64,000 nt of DNA. Source: Paecilomyces variotii. Taxonomy: Eukaryota. The position numbers were made by a program, and so were the translations under genes. The notes under the pieces are model-generated. The model did no database searches, was not told where the DNA came from, and worked only from the letters and a program-made list of their open reading frames with translations. The stretch lies in NCBI GenBank assembly GCA_004022145.1, contig RCNU01000002.1, one strand, 5' to 3'. This document shows, piece after piece, positions 35,924-49,328 of this stretch (positions are counted from its first letter, which is position 1; each line of letters begins with the position of its first letter).

Positions 35924-37478
35924 ATGGAGCCTTCAAGCCACGCAGCTTCTGACGGCGCTCAAGAATTGAACTCGGGGAAGACTGGCTCAGGCCGAAGAGA
36001 TAAATACATGATGCATCTTCCATCTACTCTTCGTACTACCGTATCGCCTCCGAGAAGCCGAAGGACTCTAGAACCCAATCGCAGGGGAAAGGAACGCGGA
36101 CTGTCCATATCTGATGGCGATAACAATGCCTCAAACTCGCCAACGGAAACTCGAGATCTATCGTTGGCCGCAATCGAAGCCGGCGAAGTTCAAGTCAGCG
36201 ATCATCTTTCTATTTTCTCCTCTCGTCTTTCGAAAGCAACTCGACCAATTCAGCCGGGGATTCCTCGACTGTCTCACTCAGAATGGGTAAACATTTACTT
36301 GAGAAATCAACACCCAAAGGGCCATCACTTTGTTATCCATCAACATGATCATCCAGTTGCTGGCCCACATTATGATTTGAGGCTGCAGATTTCAGAGAGT
36401 AGTTCTGTCAGCTGGGCAATTATGTATGGTCTTCCTGGAGATCCAAATAGTCGGAGATTAAACCGAAATGCCACGGAGACGAGGGTGCATTGCCTGTGGG
36501 TGAGTGTACACTTAACTTCCCAGTGAAAATATTCGTATATGCTGATTACTTTGCAGAATCACCTCATCGAGACAGCTTCACCGGCAACAGGAAGTATGAT
36601 TATCTGGGATACTGGCGAGTACTCTGTTTTACCGTATCACCCTCAAATCAAAGAGCCAGAAACAGAGGACTCTGTATCAGACATATCGGAGCCTTCCTCA
36701 AAACCAGATCAAGAGCTCTCGGAGAACGAGAAACTACGACAGGCATTCCAGAATGTACGTGGCAATCTGCAGTTTCATGACGCAAAATAGTGTCTGGTCT
36801 TATGAAGTACTGACTTGGTCATTTTCATAGCGCAAGATTCGCCTACGTCTCCATGGGGCGCGTCTCCCGCCTGATTACACCATCACTATGCGTCTCACAA
36901 CACAGGATAATGTCGTCTCTGGGCCAGCGAAAACTCCGCGCAAACGCAGGAGACGCACAGCACCATCACTTCGCCGGGAGCCTTCTAGCACCCCATCACG
37001 AAGTCCGTCCCCTTCTCCGGATTATCATCATCGCAGAACGTCCTCTGCTGCGGCTGTTCATGTATCAAAGTCATTTTCGACAGATACATCAAAGAATGAA
37101 CACAGAACGGACGAGGCTGGCTCTGCATCAGCGTCGGATGAGGAAGACATCGATGAAATGACTCGCCTCACAAATGCCTACCCTGGAGCGGTGAATTCTG
37201 TCGGATCCATACATCAGCGCAGATGGTTCATCACGCTCGACAGATTAAATTCCGGTTTTGAGCCTTCTACCATGGGTTCTGAATCTGGGAGAAAGTCCTG
37301 GACACGGAAACGCACTCATGATGATAATGGGGGGCTCCTTGGGTTTGAACCATTCTACGTTCGTGGGCCAGAAGTTGAGAGAAGCGTCGTGACTGGACGA
37401 CTAGCAAAAGAAGTTCTAGAAGACGAAGGCGTCGAGGGATTTTCTCGAAGGCGAGGGTGGAAGCCCGTGCTGGAATAA
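35924..37478 (+). CDS. Stand-alone DNA ligase D 3'-phosphoesterase (LigD PE/LigD_N) domain protein, 3 exons
   Basis: FVIHQHDHPVAGPHYDLRLQ, SVSWAIMYGLPGDP, ATETRVH, GSMIIWDTGEY, KIRLRLHGARL, C-terminal ERSVVTGR. Confidence 0.85.
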
Positions 37479-38827
37479 CGTGCGAAAAGGCAACTTCCCG
37501 GTCATCACGAAGAGAAGACTGAACTTCGGACTATGACCTGAATCCTCTCAATGGATTATCTGGCGACGGTATCATGGCCATTGGTGTGGACCTCGTGAAT
37601 ATAAAGAATCGCCAATACGTTACACATGTGTTCTGCGAGCATTCACAAGAGTATGCGCAAATGACTTGGCAGCGAGTAATAGATCACGATTGTCCGCAAT
37701 GGAGATGGTGTCACTTCATGCCAGTAGTGGTGCTATTTGCAGGTAAGCGGTTTATACTTGCCTGCGGATCAGGGACACGTGCTATCGCTGGCTCTGAATA
37801 CTATCATCGCCTCTCGCCCTGGAGCATAAATATGACGATGGACTCGCGCAGCCAGGAATTGTCATCCTCTCTAAAAACGGAGACATCCCGACAGTTGCCT
37901 GGGAAGTGGAAGCCTGACGCCCCCTCCCGACGCCACCAGAACGATATTTTGGCAATGACTCACTTAAAATCGCGTGGAGATGAGATGGATGGCGTCGAGT
38001 CATCATCCATGTAGCCCTTGCATGGATGCAAGATGGACGATAGTGATTGATGGCGCGGTCAAGTTGGTTGCGGAGACCGTCGCATTGTGACGCCAGCCAC
38101 CGTTAACTAAGTAGCGGACAAAGCCCAATCAACGGAGTACTAAGTAGTACTAAAGAATCTGTTCCAGCGCTCGACTCAAAGTCTGGCTATGCGATGACCT
38201 CGAATGGCGGATGATAATGATATTCATCATTGGAACAGGAAAGAAATAGAAATAATGCAGGTACTCGAATAAATAACACGACTCTTGCACATACCTTTGT
38301 TGTTTTGAAAGAGCACAAACGAGACCGACATCTTTGACTCGATGAGACTGGATTTAGTAGGGGGCAAATACTTAAGATGAAGGCATCTTTCACAAAAGAG
38401 GAAGATTCAAGGAAGGCTTGGAAGAATCTATAAGATTGACTCACAATTATTTAGCCTGTGAAATGATATGCTGTACGAGGGCAATCATATCCTTGTAAGG
38501 ATATATTTCAGCAGATCAGCGGGGCTTTTCTTTTTGTTGAAGCAATAATAATAATGCCTACGGAGTATCATTTATTGACTTGGGGGAGGCGGTCGCCGGA
38601 TTGATAACACCATCTAGTCCCCACCGTTAGTAGCTGATAGCGTGCTCGATAACTAGGCTGCTGCACAGCTTACACGCGTCTATACACGCACCTTACATTT
38701 TCTCGCGTTCATATGCTTCAGTTCCTCGTTTGCACCGGGATGCGCGACTGAGTACAATCATTTGTCGCTCCCTCAGATCTGCGTGCCTAGGCACAGCTCT
38801 CCAGAGTAGAGCATCTCGATTGTCAAT

Positions 38828-41800
38828 ATGGCGACAAGCAAGGAAACTGGAGCACTTATCACAGGTGCTCTGGGACTCTCCATTGTCGCTGCGAGCACAG
38901 CACCAGCTCTTATCAGCATTGCGACTCGTTTCTCGCCAAAAGCTCGTCGTCGCGCATCGGAGGCTGTAGAAATTCTCTATGAAGATCAAGATGGAGCTGC
39001 TACACCAGAGTCGGTCCAAGCTTTCACAGATAAACTGCAGAGAGCGTCCATCGCCGCTCTCACTGTCATTGGCTTCTTCACCTCACTGGCTATCGCAATG
39101 CTCACGACTAGAAAAGGGCCTGAGTCGTATCTAATTGAGGCATGGCTCCAGGTTGGAATATGGGTATGTAGCAATATCGAAAGAGCCTCAGAATATGCGT
39201 ATAATTGAATTATTGATTACAGGGATTTCATACAATCCATGCGATTGCACTCTTTGTTGAGCCTTGTCCGAAAAAGCGCTTCTCACTAGGCGGTCATGCA
39301 TTTATTGCCAGTATCATCACCATTGCAATACCATGTATAGAAGCTGTCTTACTGTGGTCTCACGGTCCTCATGAACTGCGCGACAAGGAATTCATAGCAC
39401 TGTTCTGCACATATATTGCTGTTGCGCTCATCAGGGCTCTCCTTACTGTCAGCTTGCCTCGACGTCCTGATGTCTTCAGAAATGGGAAGATTGTCGACAG
39501 GGAGCATACTACCTCAATTATCGGCAGATACGCGTTCTTCTGGGTCGACTCCATCCTGGCATTCGCTATCAAGAACAGAGGTCTCTCCATTAGCGACCTG
39601 CATGAGCTGAACTCCGAGATACGATCAAGAAGTCTGCGCGAGAAGCTCGAGAAAGCGAAGGGATCCCATCGCCTGTGGAAAGCCATCATCGTCGCCAACT
39701 TTGGCGGATTCACTCAGCAGTTGGCGCTTGCAGGAGTAATCTCCGTGTTGAGCTTCGCGCCGCAGATCGCGCTCCTGGGAATCCTGAGGTCATTAGAAGC
39801 CCGCGGAACTGAGTCGTGGAATTCTTACGTCTCTTGGTTTTGGGTATTTGCACTGGGGTTTTTGATGGTTATCACCACTGGTTTTGAACAATGGCTATTC
39901 TGGATCATACAGAGTCGGGTCGGACTCCCCATAACGGAAGGGCTTGCCGCTGTGACATTTGCCAAATCTATGCGCCGAAAGGACGTAAAGCAGACGAAGA
40001 AATCTCGAGAAACAAAGCAGGCCGATTCGGAACTTCCAGAGGAGGCGTCTGACCAGGATTATGCCAATAAACAGGCAGCGGCGACAGACGATGATGATGA
40101 CAGCGATGAACAGAAATCTCGCCAGAGCACCGTGAACCTTGTTGCAGTTGACTCCAAGCGTATCTGGGACTTCTCCACGTACTGGTACATGATACCGCAG
40201 GCAATACTCAAGCTGTTAGTTGCTTGTGGCTTCCTTAGCAGGCTGATCGGTTGGCGCAGTCTCCTTTCAGGACTCGCTGTAACCATCGTGGTAACTCCCA
40301 TCAACATTATCGCATCAAAGAAGTATACATCGACACAAACCGAACTCATGAAATACCGGGACCAGAAGATGGCTGTGGTGAACGAGGTCTTGATGGGCAT
40401 ACGACAGATCAAGTTTTCTGCTTTGGAAGCCCAGTGGCATGCTAAGGTCTCAGCCATCCGTAACATCGAGCTGGGGGCACAGTGGACTGCCTTCCTCTGG
40501 GACGTGGTGCTTCTTTCTATCTGGATTCTCGGCCCGATTATGCTATCCGCGGTCTCCTTGACCGTATACGCCTGGATCCATGGTGGCCTCACGGCATCGG
40601 TCGCTTTCACTGCAATGGCATTATTTGGCGCTCTAGAATCGTCCTTGGCTGTTTTACCGGAGATGATCGCGAACGGTCTTGAGGCCTGGGTCAGTCTCGT
40701 CCGTATCGAAAAGTACCTCGATTCGCCAGAGAAGAAGATTACCACAATTCCAGCGGATCACGTTGCCTTCGAAGAAGCGGCCATCGCATGGCCTACGGAT
40801 GAGGAGGTTGACCCTGAAGATCGTTTTGTACTAAGAAATGTCAACCTGACTTTCCCAACCAAGGGCTTTAGTGTCATAGCTGGTAAGACAGGCTCTGGGA
40901 AGAGTCTGCTCCTTGCTTCGATTCTGGGAGAATGCGATATCCTAGAAGGCGCTATTAAAGTTCCAGTACCTCCAGCTCTTGAGGACCGATTTGATGACCG
41001 TGCTACACCTGCCAATTGGATCATTGATTCTGCAATTGCGTATGTGGCTCAGATCCCTTGGATCGAGAATGCGAGTATCAAAGACAACATTCTCTTCGGA
41101 TTGCCCTACGATGCGCGACGCTACAAAAGAGTGCTATTTGCCTGTGCCCTGGAAAAGGACCTTGATATGCTTCCTGACGGTGACATGACCGATATCGGTG
41201 CCAATGGAATTAATCTCAGCGGTGGTCAGCGATGGCGAATTTCGTTTGCAAGGGCATTGTACTCCAGGGCGGGAATTCTGGTAATGGATGACCTTTTCAG
41301 CGCTTTGGATGCTCACACAGGTCGACACTTGTACGAACATGCCGTTACAGGTGAGCTAGGTACCGGGCGCACCAGGATCCTTGTAACTCACCATGTTGGG
41401 CTATGCCTTCCTCGCACCGACTATCTTGTTTTTCTCGAAGATGGAACAGTCAAACAAGCTGGCACTGTGAGCGACCTGAGAGAGTCAGATAACTTTACCG
41501 ATATCTTATCTCATGAACATGAAGAAGAAACAATCGAGGAAGTGGCAGAGGATAACGGCGATATCCTGGACGCGGAGGAATCCACACTGCAAAAAGTCAT
41601 CTCGAACAGATCACAAAGAAGGGATTCCATCACTGCGAATGGAGATAGTGACTCGAAGCGACCAACACCAAGGAAGTTCGTTGAGGATGAGAAACGAGAA
41701 ACAGGATCTATCAAGCTTGAGGTGTACAAGGCGTATTTCAAGACCGCTGGCCGTATACCCTTCTGGGTATTTGTCGTACTTCTATACGTCAGCTATGTCG

Positions 41801-43763
41801 TGTTGATCATCGGACGGGTGAGTTGATAATCCCTATTACTGAGCTTTTTACGGGCATGAACTGAAGCTTGTTGTGACAGTCTTGGTGGGTCAATATCTGG
41901 ACGAGCTCCTCCTCTACAAAATCCCGCCAACAGGGCTATCTTTCGGTCGCGCAGTCACAACCGGAACAACACCTTCTAACGGCCTACCAGGCAGCCGAAG
42001 GGGTTACCTTAGCAGGCACTGATGACGATCTCTTATTTTACCTGGGCATCTACGTAGGCTTGTCCGTACTAATATGCATTGTCGGGTCACTACGTTATTA
42101 TTTCATTCTGGGCGCAGGGATTCGAGCATCTAGGAACCTCTTCCAGGACCTCGCTTACGCTGTTCTCCGTGCACCGCTCCGATGGCTTGATACTGTCCCT
42201 GTTGGCCGTATACTCAATCGCTTTACCGCTGACTTCCACATGATTGATTCCAGACTGGGCTACGACATCGGCCTCACAGCATACCGGGTGCTTGATGTCC
42301 TTGGTGTTATTGTTGCTGGCGTCCTAGTCTCACCGTTTGTAATGCTCTTCGCTGCTTTACTTCTTGGAGTTTGTCTCCGATATGCATTCATGTACTTGGC
42401 GGGAGCGAGAGAAGTAAAGCGACTGGAGAGCAACGCTAAGAGTCCTATTTACGAACAATTTGGCTCCGCTCTTATCGGTCTTGGGACTATCCGTGCATTT
42501 GGCAAAACCTCGACGTATCTCGAACGGATGTATGCAAAAATTGATGCCCATTGTCAGGCTTGGTGGTATCTATGGCTATTCAATCGATGGCTAAGCTGGC
42601 GTATGAACATGGTTGGTGCACTGTTTGCGACAGTCACGGCGGCCTTGGTGGTATCGATCCCAAGCATAAGTGCTTCTCTGGCAGGCTTCGCACTCAGTTT
42701 CGCGCTACAATACACGGTCTCCATTTCTATGGCACTTCGGATGTATTCCAACCTCGAGCTCGACATGAATGCTGTTGAAAGAGTCACTGAATACTCCAAT
42801 ATTACCATCGAGGACCAGGGAGGAGACGATGCCCCTGCCGCATGGCCGACAGAAGGTCGTGTCGAAGTTGAGGACCTTGTCGTTGGCTATGCCCCCGATC
42901 TCCCACCTGTTCTGAAGGGGCTCAGTTTCACCGTCGAGACAAATCAGAGAGTGGGAGTCGTCGGGCGTACAGGCGCCGGAAAGTCATCTCTCACGCTGGC
43001 TTTATTCCGCTTCCTGGAAGCACGCGAAGGTCACATCTACATCGATGGCCTTGACGTATCGAAAATCAAACTGCATGACTTGCGGAGCAGACTAGCCATT
43101 ATCCCACAAGATCCCGTTCTTTTCTCGGGTACAATCAGGACTAATCTTGACCCGTTCAGCCAATATGGTGACGGTGAGCTATATGATGCTCTGGAGCGTG
43201 TCCATCTGATTTCTAGAAACGAAGACGGAACTATAATTTCGTCCACCAACAGCCCCGGTCATACAGGAGGCACTACTACGCCAGTGGGAACTGGCCCATC
43301 ATCAACGACCGGAAAAAACGCCAATATATTCGCTTCACTGTCCTCTCCTATCTCCGAGGGAGGCCTGAATCTGTCCCAAGGACAACGCCAGCTTCTCTGT
43401 CTTGCTCGAGCCATCGTATCTCGCCCCAAGGTCATGGTCCTTGACGAGGCCACCTCTGCCGTCGATATGTCGACGGACGCGTTGATCCAACAATCCATTC
43501 GTTCAGAATTTGGCCGCAATTCTACGAGTCTCCTCGTCATTGCTCACCGTTTGAGCACAATCGTCGACTTCGACCGCATCCTAGTCATGGATGCCGGCAA
43601 GGCGGTTGAATTCGGTAGTCCGCGAGAGCTGATGGAGATTGAAGGTGGTGTATTCAGGAGTCTGGTGGAGGACTCTGGGGAGAGACGTGTCTTGGAGGGT
43701 ATTATCTTTGGCGAGCAGAGCACAGAGCAGAATGCAGAGGAGGAGGAGGAGGACGCAGAGTAG
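38828..43763 (+). CDS. ABCC (MRP/Ybt1-like) ABC transporter, 3 exons
   Basis: Two TMD-NBD halves. NBD1: [30 protein letters not shown]2: [30 protein letters not shown]. Confidence 0.93.
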
Positions 43764-43818
43764 ATGTCACCACGCGGGCTTGGGGATTGTTGATATTACT
43801 ACAGAAAGTGCAGAAACC

Positions 43819-43843
43819 AAAAAAAAAAAAAAAAAAAAAAAAA
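43819..43843 (+). repeat. Poly(A) homopolymer, 25 nt, 3' of the ABC transporter
   Basis: Read directly. Confidence 0.9.
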
Positions 43844-45044
43844 TGGGAGGGGCAAAATGATTGGCGATGTGGGAGTTCATATAATTTATGTAATTACTTT
43901 ACGAATATAGGTCAGGATATAGATGCAACGGTCTCGGGATGTCGAACCCCTTTCCTTGACTATTATATTGAGAATGAGAATATGAAGGTTTGAAAATTTC
44001 CTGGTATTTGATGACTGTATCTGGCAGAGGCGTTTACATCACTGTAATGATTTTAAAGGAAAGAAAGCAAAATCCAACGGCGTAAGCAGTTCTAACAAGT
44101 TGGCTATTAGAGCCGACGATTTTACTTTCCTACAGGCTATTTGGGCAAAAGCATCCTCGAGGACCATGATCATGACAATAGGTAGTATTCTATGTAAACG
44201 TAAACTCCAATCAAAATAGCACAGGGTATCATCAAACACCAGGCAGCTCCTTTCACAGACACGTCCAGCAAAGGAAGAACGTTGAACGTTGACGAATGCC
44301 AAACCTCGCATTAGAAAAGGACAAGCCATCCATTCATTCATCCATCATCCTTCCCACACACAGACATATCTCAAAGAGCCCTAGCCCTAGGAATACACAC
44401 GAAAAACACACAAAAACAGGACACCTTCCAAGTAATGGTGTGAATCAGAGATGCCTTCATCGCGTCCGCTGAAGTAACAAGGTTGGTGTGCCGAACGCAG
44501 ATCTCATCCTCCCTCCATCTTAGTCTTCCCAGCCACTTAAGCCGCACACCGATTATTTCTCCGAAAGGAGAAATAAAAGGGCGCAGAGAGCCAAGAGGAC
44601 CGAAGAGGAGGGATAGGTTCGAATATAACACACTAGGCTTTCATCATCTGTTTTTTAGGAAATGTTAGTTTTGATTCTTTTGAATCGAGTGTTCTGTTGA
44701 GAATAAAACAGAATGGTATTGATGTTTGGGGAGGAAATTTAGCACTCACTTGTACAAAACTTGGAAGGATGAAGAAAAAAAGGAAGCAGAAAATGATGCG
44801 CTGGGAAACATTTAATTTTCGCTGGCCCGCGGTCGGATCGGAGGAACGTGCAGCCGGGTGTGGTTGGATTGGATTGTTACTTAGCTTCGGAGCTCTGCGG
44901 CGGAATTATTATTGATTTCCGTTGCGATTGTTCAACTCTCTGGTTTACAGGGCCTGGATATAATTTCTGTTTCTGTATCTCGTTTCAATTAGTCGGTGTT
45001 CAATTGATCAGAGGATCAAGGATTCACTCATTTTTCTAGTCGCA

Positions 45045-47218
45045 ATGCTGCTGAGCAGCGTGGGACGAAGCTCCCTCCGTCTCCGCGCAGCTCCCCGCGA
45101 GAGCTACATCGAGATATCAAACTACATCCGTGGCAGACGAACTGGTCTGGTTTCAGCAGTGCGGAACAGACCGCAGCAGTTGCGACAATTCTATGTGCGA
45201 CAGTGTCTATATGATCAGCCGCATATAGAATCGTCGAGACAGCCGTTTTTGGAACAATACAAGAACGCGGGTATGGAAGTCGGTTCTATAGTCGCTAATT
45301 GCAAGCTGATTACTTATTTCAATAGTTGAATTTCCACGCGCCACTTATAATTTCCAAACATTCCTGTCTGAAGCCTCTCCAGGGCAAGAAGTAGTCCTCC
45401 ATGGCTACCTTGGAAACAGAGTCGACTTGTCGAAGAAGCTCTCCTTCGTCCGGTTGACGGACCCTACCATGAAACAGAATATCCAAATCGTCGCGTCGGC
45501 GAAAAGTGGAGCATTTGAGAAACTCAGGTCAATTGCGATGAATAGTCCTGTTGCTGTGCGAGGAATTGTCCAGCAGAAGAAAGGAAGCAAGTCTGAGAGA
45601 GACTCGCCGGATACGGAGAAGATTGAGGCATGGGAAATCAATCTGGAGGAGATACACGCGCTGAATGACTTCCCAAAGGACATTATCATGACGTCCGAAA
45701 CGGTGTTTCCGCCGGAGCAGCGGTATCTGCAACTACGAACGGACGGTGACTTGAGGGAGGCTCTTCGATTCCGAGCACAGGTGCGGAATATCTGCAAAGA
45801 GGAACTGGACCAGTGTCAACCTCCGTTTGTGGAGATTGAGACTCCCTTGCTATTTAAGTCTACTCCGGAGGGCGCTCGTGAGTTCCTGGTCCCGACTCGG
45901 AGACGGGGTATGGCGTATGCGCTTCCGCAAAGTCCCCAGCAGTATAAGCAGATCCTCATGGCTAGTGGGATTCCACGATACTACCAGTTTGCGCGCTGTT
46001 TTAGAGATGAGGACCTGCGAGCTGACAGACAGCCTGAGTTCACGCAGGTGAGTTACACGTTTTCTTTCCTGGCGTCATGAGATTTCTAATGGATTGCAGC
46101 TCGATTTGGAAATGTCGTTTGCGACGGGAGAGGATGTAATGACAGTTATTGAAGGAGTCATTCGCAAACTGTGGTCGACTTTGATGAAGGACCCTGTCCC
46201 GTCTGGCCCCTTCAGACGAATGCCGTATCAAGAAGCCATGCGCCGTTACGGTTCAGACAAGCCCGACACCAGAATCGGAATGGAGATTGCGCCGATCGAC
46301 TACCTTCTACCTGTTGATCTGGTAAGCAAGATCACGCCGCTTGTTGATCCCATCGTGGAGGTCTTTAAGTTCGAAGGAAACGACAACGACCCCAAAGAGA
46401 CGCACCGGTTCATTACAGAGTTCCTAGACTCCCCAGCAGGAGCACCCTTCAATGATAATCCTGAAGGTGGACCGGGTATTTTCATCTATGACGCCAAGAA
46501 GCCACTATGCGGACTGCAGCCTTTCGGCTTCGAAGCTGCGGAGAGAATTGAGGAAATGCTCGAGCCTGACCACGGCGATCTCATCGTCCTGCAGGCTCGA
46601 AAACGAGCCCCATTCTCTGGAGGCTCAACGCCTATAGGTGATCTTCGTCGGGCTCTGTACACTGCTTCTGTGAAGAAAGGCTTCAAACCAGCAGTACAAG
46701 GCTTTGACTTCTTCTGGGTTGTTGACTTCCCTCTCTTTTCGCCCTCGACAGATGCAGAACCTGGCCAGGGAGGTGCTGCTGGAATCTCATCTACGCATCA
46801 TCCTTTTACGGCCCCCAAGACCGCCGCGGATGTAGACATGCTCCTCACGGATCCGACCCAGGTCGTCGCAGACCACTATGATCTCGTCGTCAACGGCGTC
46901 GAACTTGGCGGTGGGAGCCGTCGTATCCACGACGCCAAGGTCCAGGAGTTTATCCTCCGAGATATCCTGAAGATGCCCGCGGAACGACTGGCTGACTTCT
47001 CCCACCTTCTGGAGGCTTTGCGAGCAGGATGTCCTCCCCACGCCGGTATCGCACTGGGCTTCGATCGTCTCGTCGCCGTTATGCTGGGCAAGGACTCGGT
47101 GCGAGACGTCATTGCATTCCCTAAGACCGGCAAAGGTGAAGATCCCATGGTCAAGGCACCGACTCCCATGACGGAGGAATCCCTTGAGACCTACCATCTC
47201 CGACTCCGGGATGAGTAA
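45045..47218 (+). CDS. MSD1: Mitochondrial aspartyl-tRNA synthetase, 3 exons
   Basis: Arg-rich presequence; [68 protein letters not shown]; bacterial-type GAD insertion. Confidence 0.93.
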
Positions 47219-47510
47219 AAACGGCAAGAAACGACTTCTGCCTGTATTATTGCCATGATACCCAACTCTCTTCTCATGTTCTCCATGTCTGTATGTCGCC
47301 ATGGAAAAGGTTTCTTCGGGAGAAATTGTAATTGTATGTATATAGACACTGCTACTGAAAATATGAAGCACGGATGTTTATGCCTCCAATTTCCGAATGG
47401 TATGAATTCATTTTTTCCATATACTGCTTCCATTAGAGAGACAGCAGAATTCGCTATGCTATGCTTTATCAAATCAACAGAACGTAACACTTCTTCGTAG
47501 TCTCGTAACT

Positions 47511-48284
47511 TTAACCGATCTGAGCGTTCGAGAAATCCATCTCTGCAGAACAAAAATCGTTAGCGCACGCCCCAAAGACAAGAGTGAAGGGGGAAAAAAG
47601 AAAAAAGAGAAGATAAAAAAAAAACATACCAGGATGTTCCGCCTGGAACTTCTTCAGAATATCCCTCTTCCTCTGCTCATCACTAGTCAACCCGCCCATC
47701 TCCTTCTGGCGCTGATCATACATCATCTTCTCGACCATCGCTCTCGTCTGGCCATCGAGATCGCTCAGACTCGAGTTCTCAGGCTGGATTTTCGACACGT
47801 CGATCTTAGGCGCGCTCGTTACGATGTGTGCCCACCATTCCATCTTGTTGACTTTGTCCAGGTGGATAGAGATTTCTTTTCCTGGCGGTTGGGAAGTTGT
47901 CTCGAGAGTCCAGGTTGATTCATCGGCGTGAATTGGATGGGGGAAGTCGCCCTATACACCGCAAAAAAAAAGACCATGGTTAATTAAAAAAAGAAACAAC
48001 CCCCAAAAACCAACTGCAAAGCAGGTAGGTTCTTATCTTACCTCCAAAATCGGCTCTTGTCCCTTAACCCCAACCTTGATACTCGTCTTCGTAATCTTAA
48101 CATCTAGATCACGACCCTTCAGATTTCCCGGAACTGGAACCGTCACTTCTGCTTCGCTGATGGTCTGCTTCCATTTATATGGCAGTTGGGCTTGTTCGGC
48201 GTCTTCTTTGGCTTTGCGCTCCTTTTCTTCTTGTTCGCGTTGGGCGATGTCGACGGGCGTGGGGTCTTGTTCGGGGTCGGACAT
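47511..48284 (-). CDS. nudC: Nuclear movement protein NudC (CS/p23 domain), 3 exons
   Basis: [68 protein letters not shown]. Confidence 0.95.
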
Positions 48285-49222
48285 GGTGGGATGAGTGTTT
48301 GGGTATGGGGTTTATTTGGTGAAAATTCTCTTAAGAGGGGGTTGGTCTTGCGAGGTAATGAGTATTTCTTCCGTAGGATGCTCCTGGGGGGAGAAGGCGC
48401 GGGGTATGGAGGGGTTCTGGTTAGAAGGTTATCTTCTGTGTGACCTGATAGGGATGAAGAAGGCCAATTCTCAGTCCCAGAACAAGAAAAAAAAGAAGAT
48501 AGGATCCAAGATACCACTTACTGATCGAGAAGAAGTTAGAAAGCAGAGAGGAATGAAGCTTAAACTTCCAGCTCCGGGACGTCAGGTTCGAGTAACTTCT
48601 CTCAGCAAGGCGGTGGGGATCCCCGCGAATACTCTAAGTAATGCAGTGCTAACTTCTAAATAGCCGCGAGAATCACCCCTAACTATATGTATGTACTTGC
48701 TACACATCAGTATTATCGTCAGTCAACTGGGTTTGGTTCCTCTGTTAACTTATCAACCTCGTGGACTTTTTGGGAGCTTCTTTATTTTAGGGATAATGCT
48801 GAGTATATCAGGTTCACCTTTCCTTGCCCCCATAATACATAATCATCTGTTTGCAGCCACAATACCCGCTATACGTTACGGTATGTACTATGAAGTCTTT
48901 AACTGTCTAAGAGATAGTCTGGAAGATGGATGCCGGAGATGAACGATAGTGTTAATGTATGCGAAGTAAAGATAATATCAGGTTCTTAACTAAGAATCAA
49001 ACAATCATCAGATGAACTCGATACAGCACCGGCTGCAGCTGTGAAACAGATGGCTACTTTTTGTACCAGATATTTAGATGCCTTGAACTCCAGCCAGATA
49101 GTGATGTCCATAAAAGTCAAATCAAGTCGAGATAGATGGCTCGACGTCCCAAAGAATCCATACGCCGGGCTCCCTCCGCCGGTATGGCTCCGCTGCCTAC
49201 CGGGCAGATGCAACTTTGCGCC

Positions 49223-49250
49223 AAGGTAACGACCAGAAGGTAACGACCAG
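49223..49250 (+). repeat. 14-nt tandem duplication (AAGGTAACGACCAG)x2
   Basis: Read directly, just 3' of the 861-aa gene. Confidence 0.8.
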
Positions 49251-49328
49251 AATCAAAGGCAGATAGATGACACAAGTGAGAAGTAAAATCTACGGACAAG
49301 GACAAGGAAGAAGAGCGATACCCGTCTC

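Noticed and set aside
37574-38014. 146-aa ORF downstream of the LigD PE gene
   Set aside because: No codon bias, domain or splice support evident.
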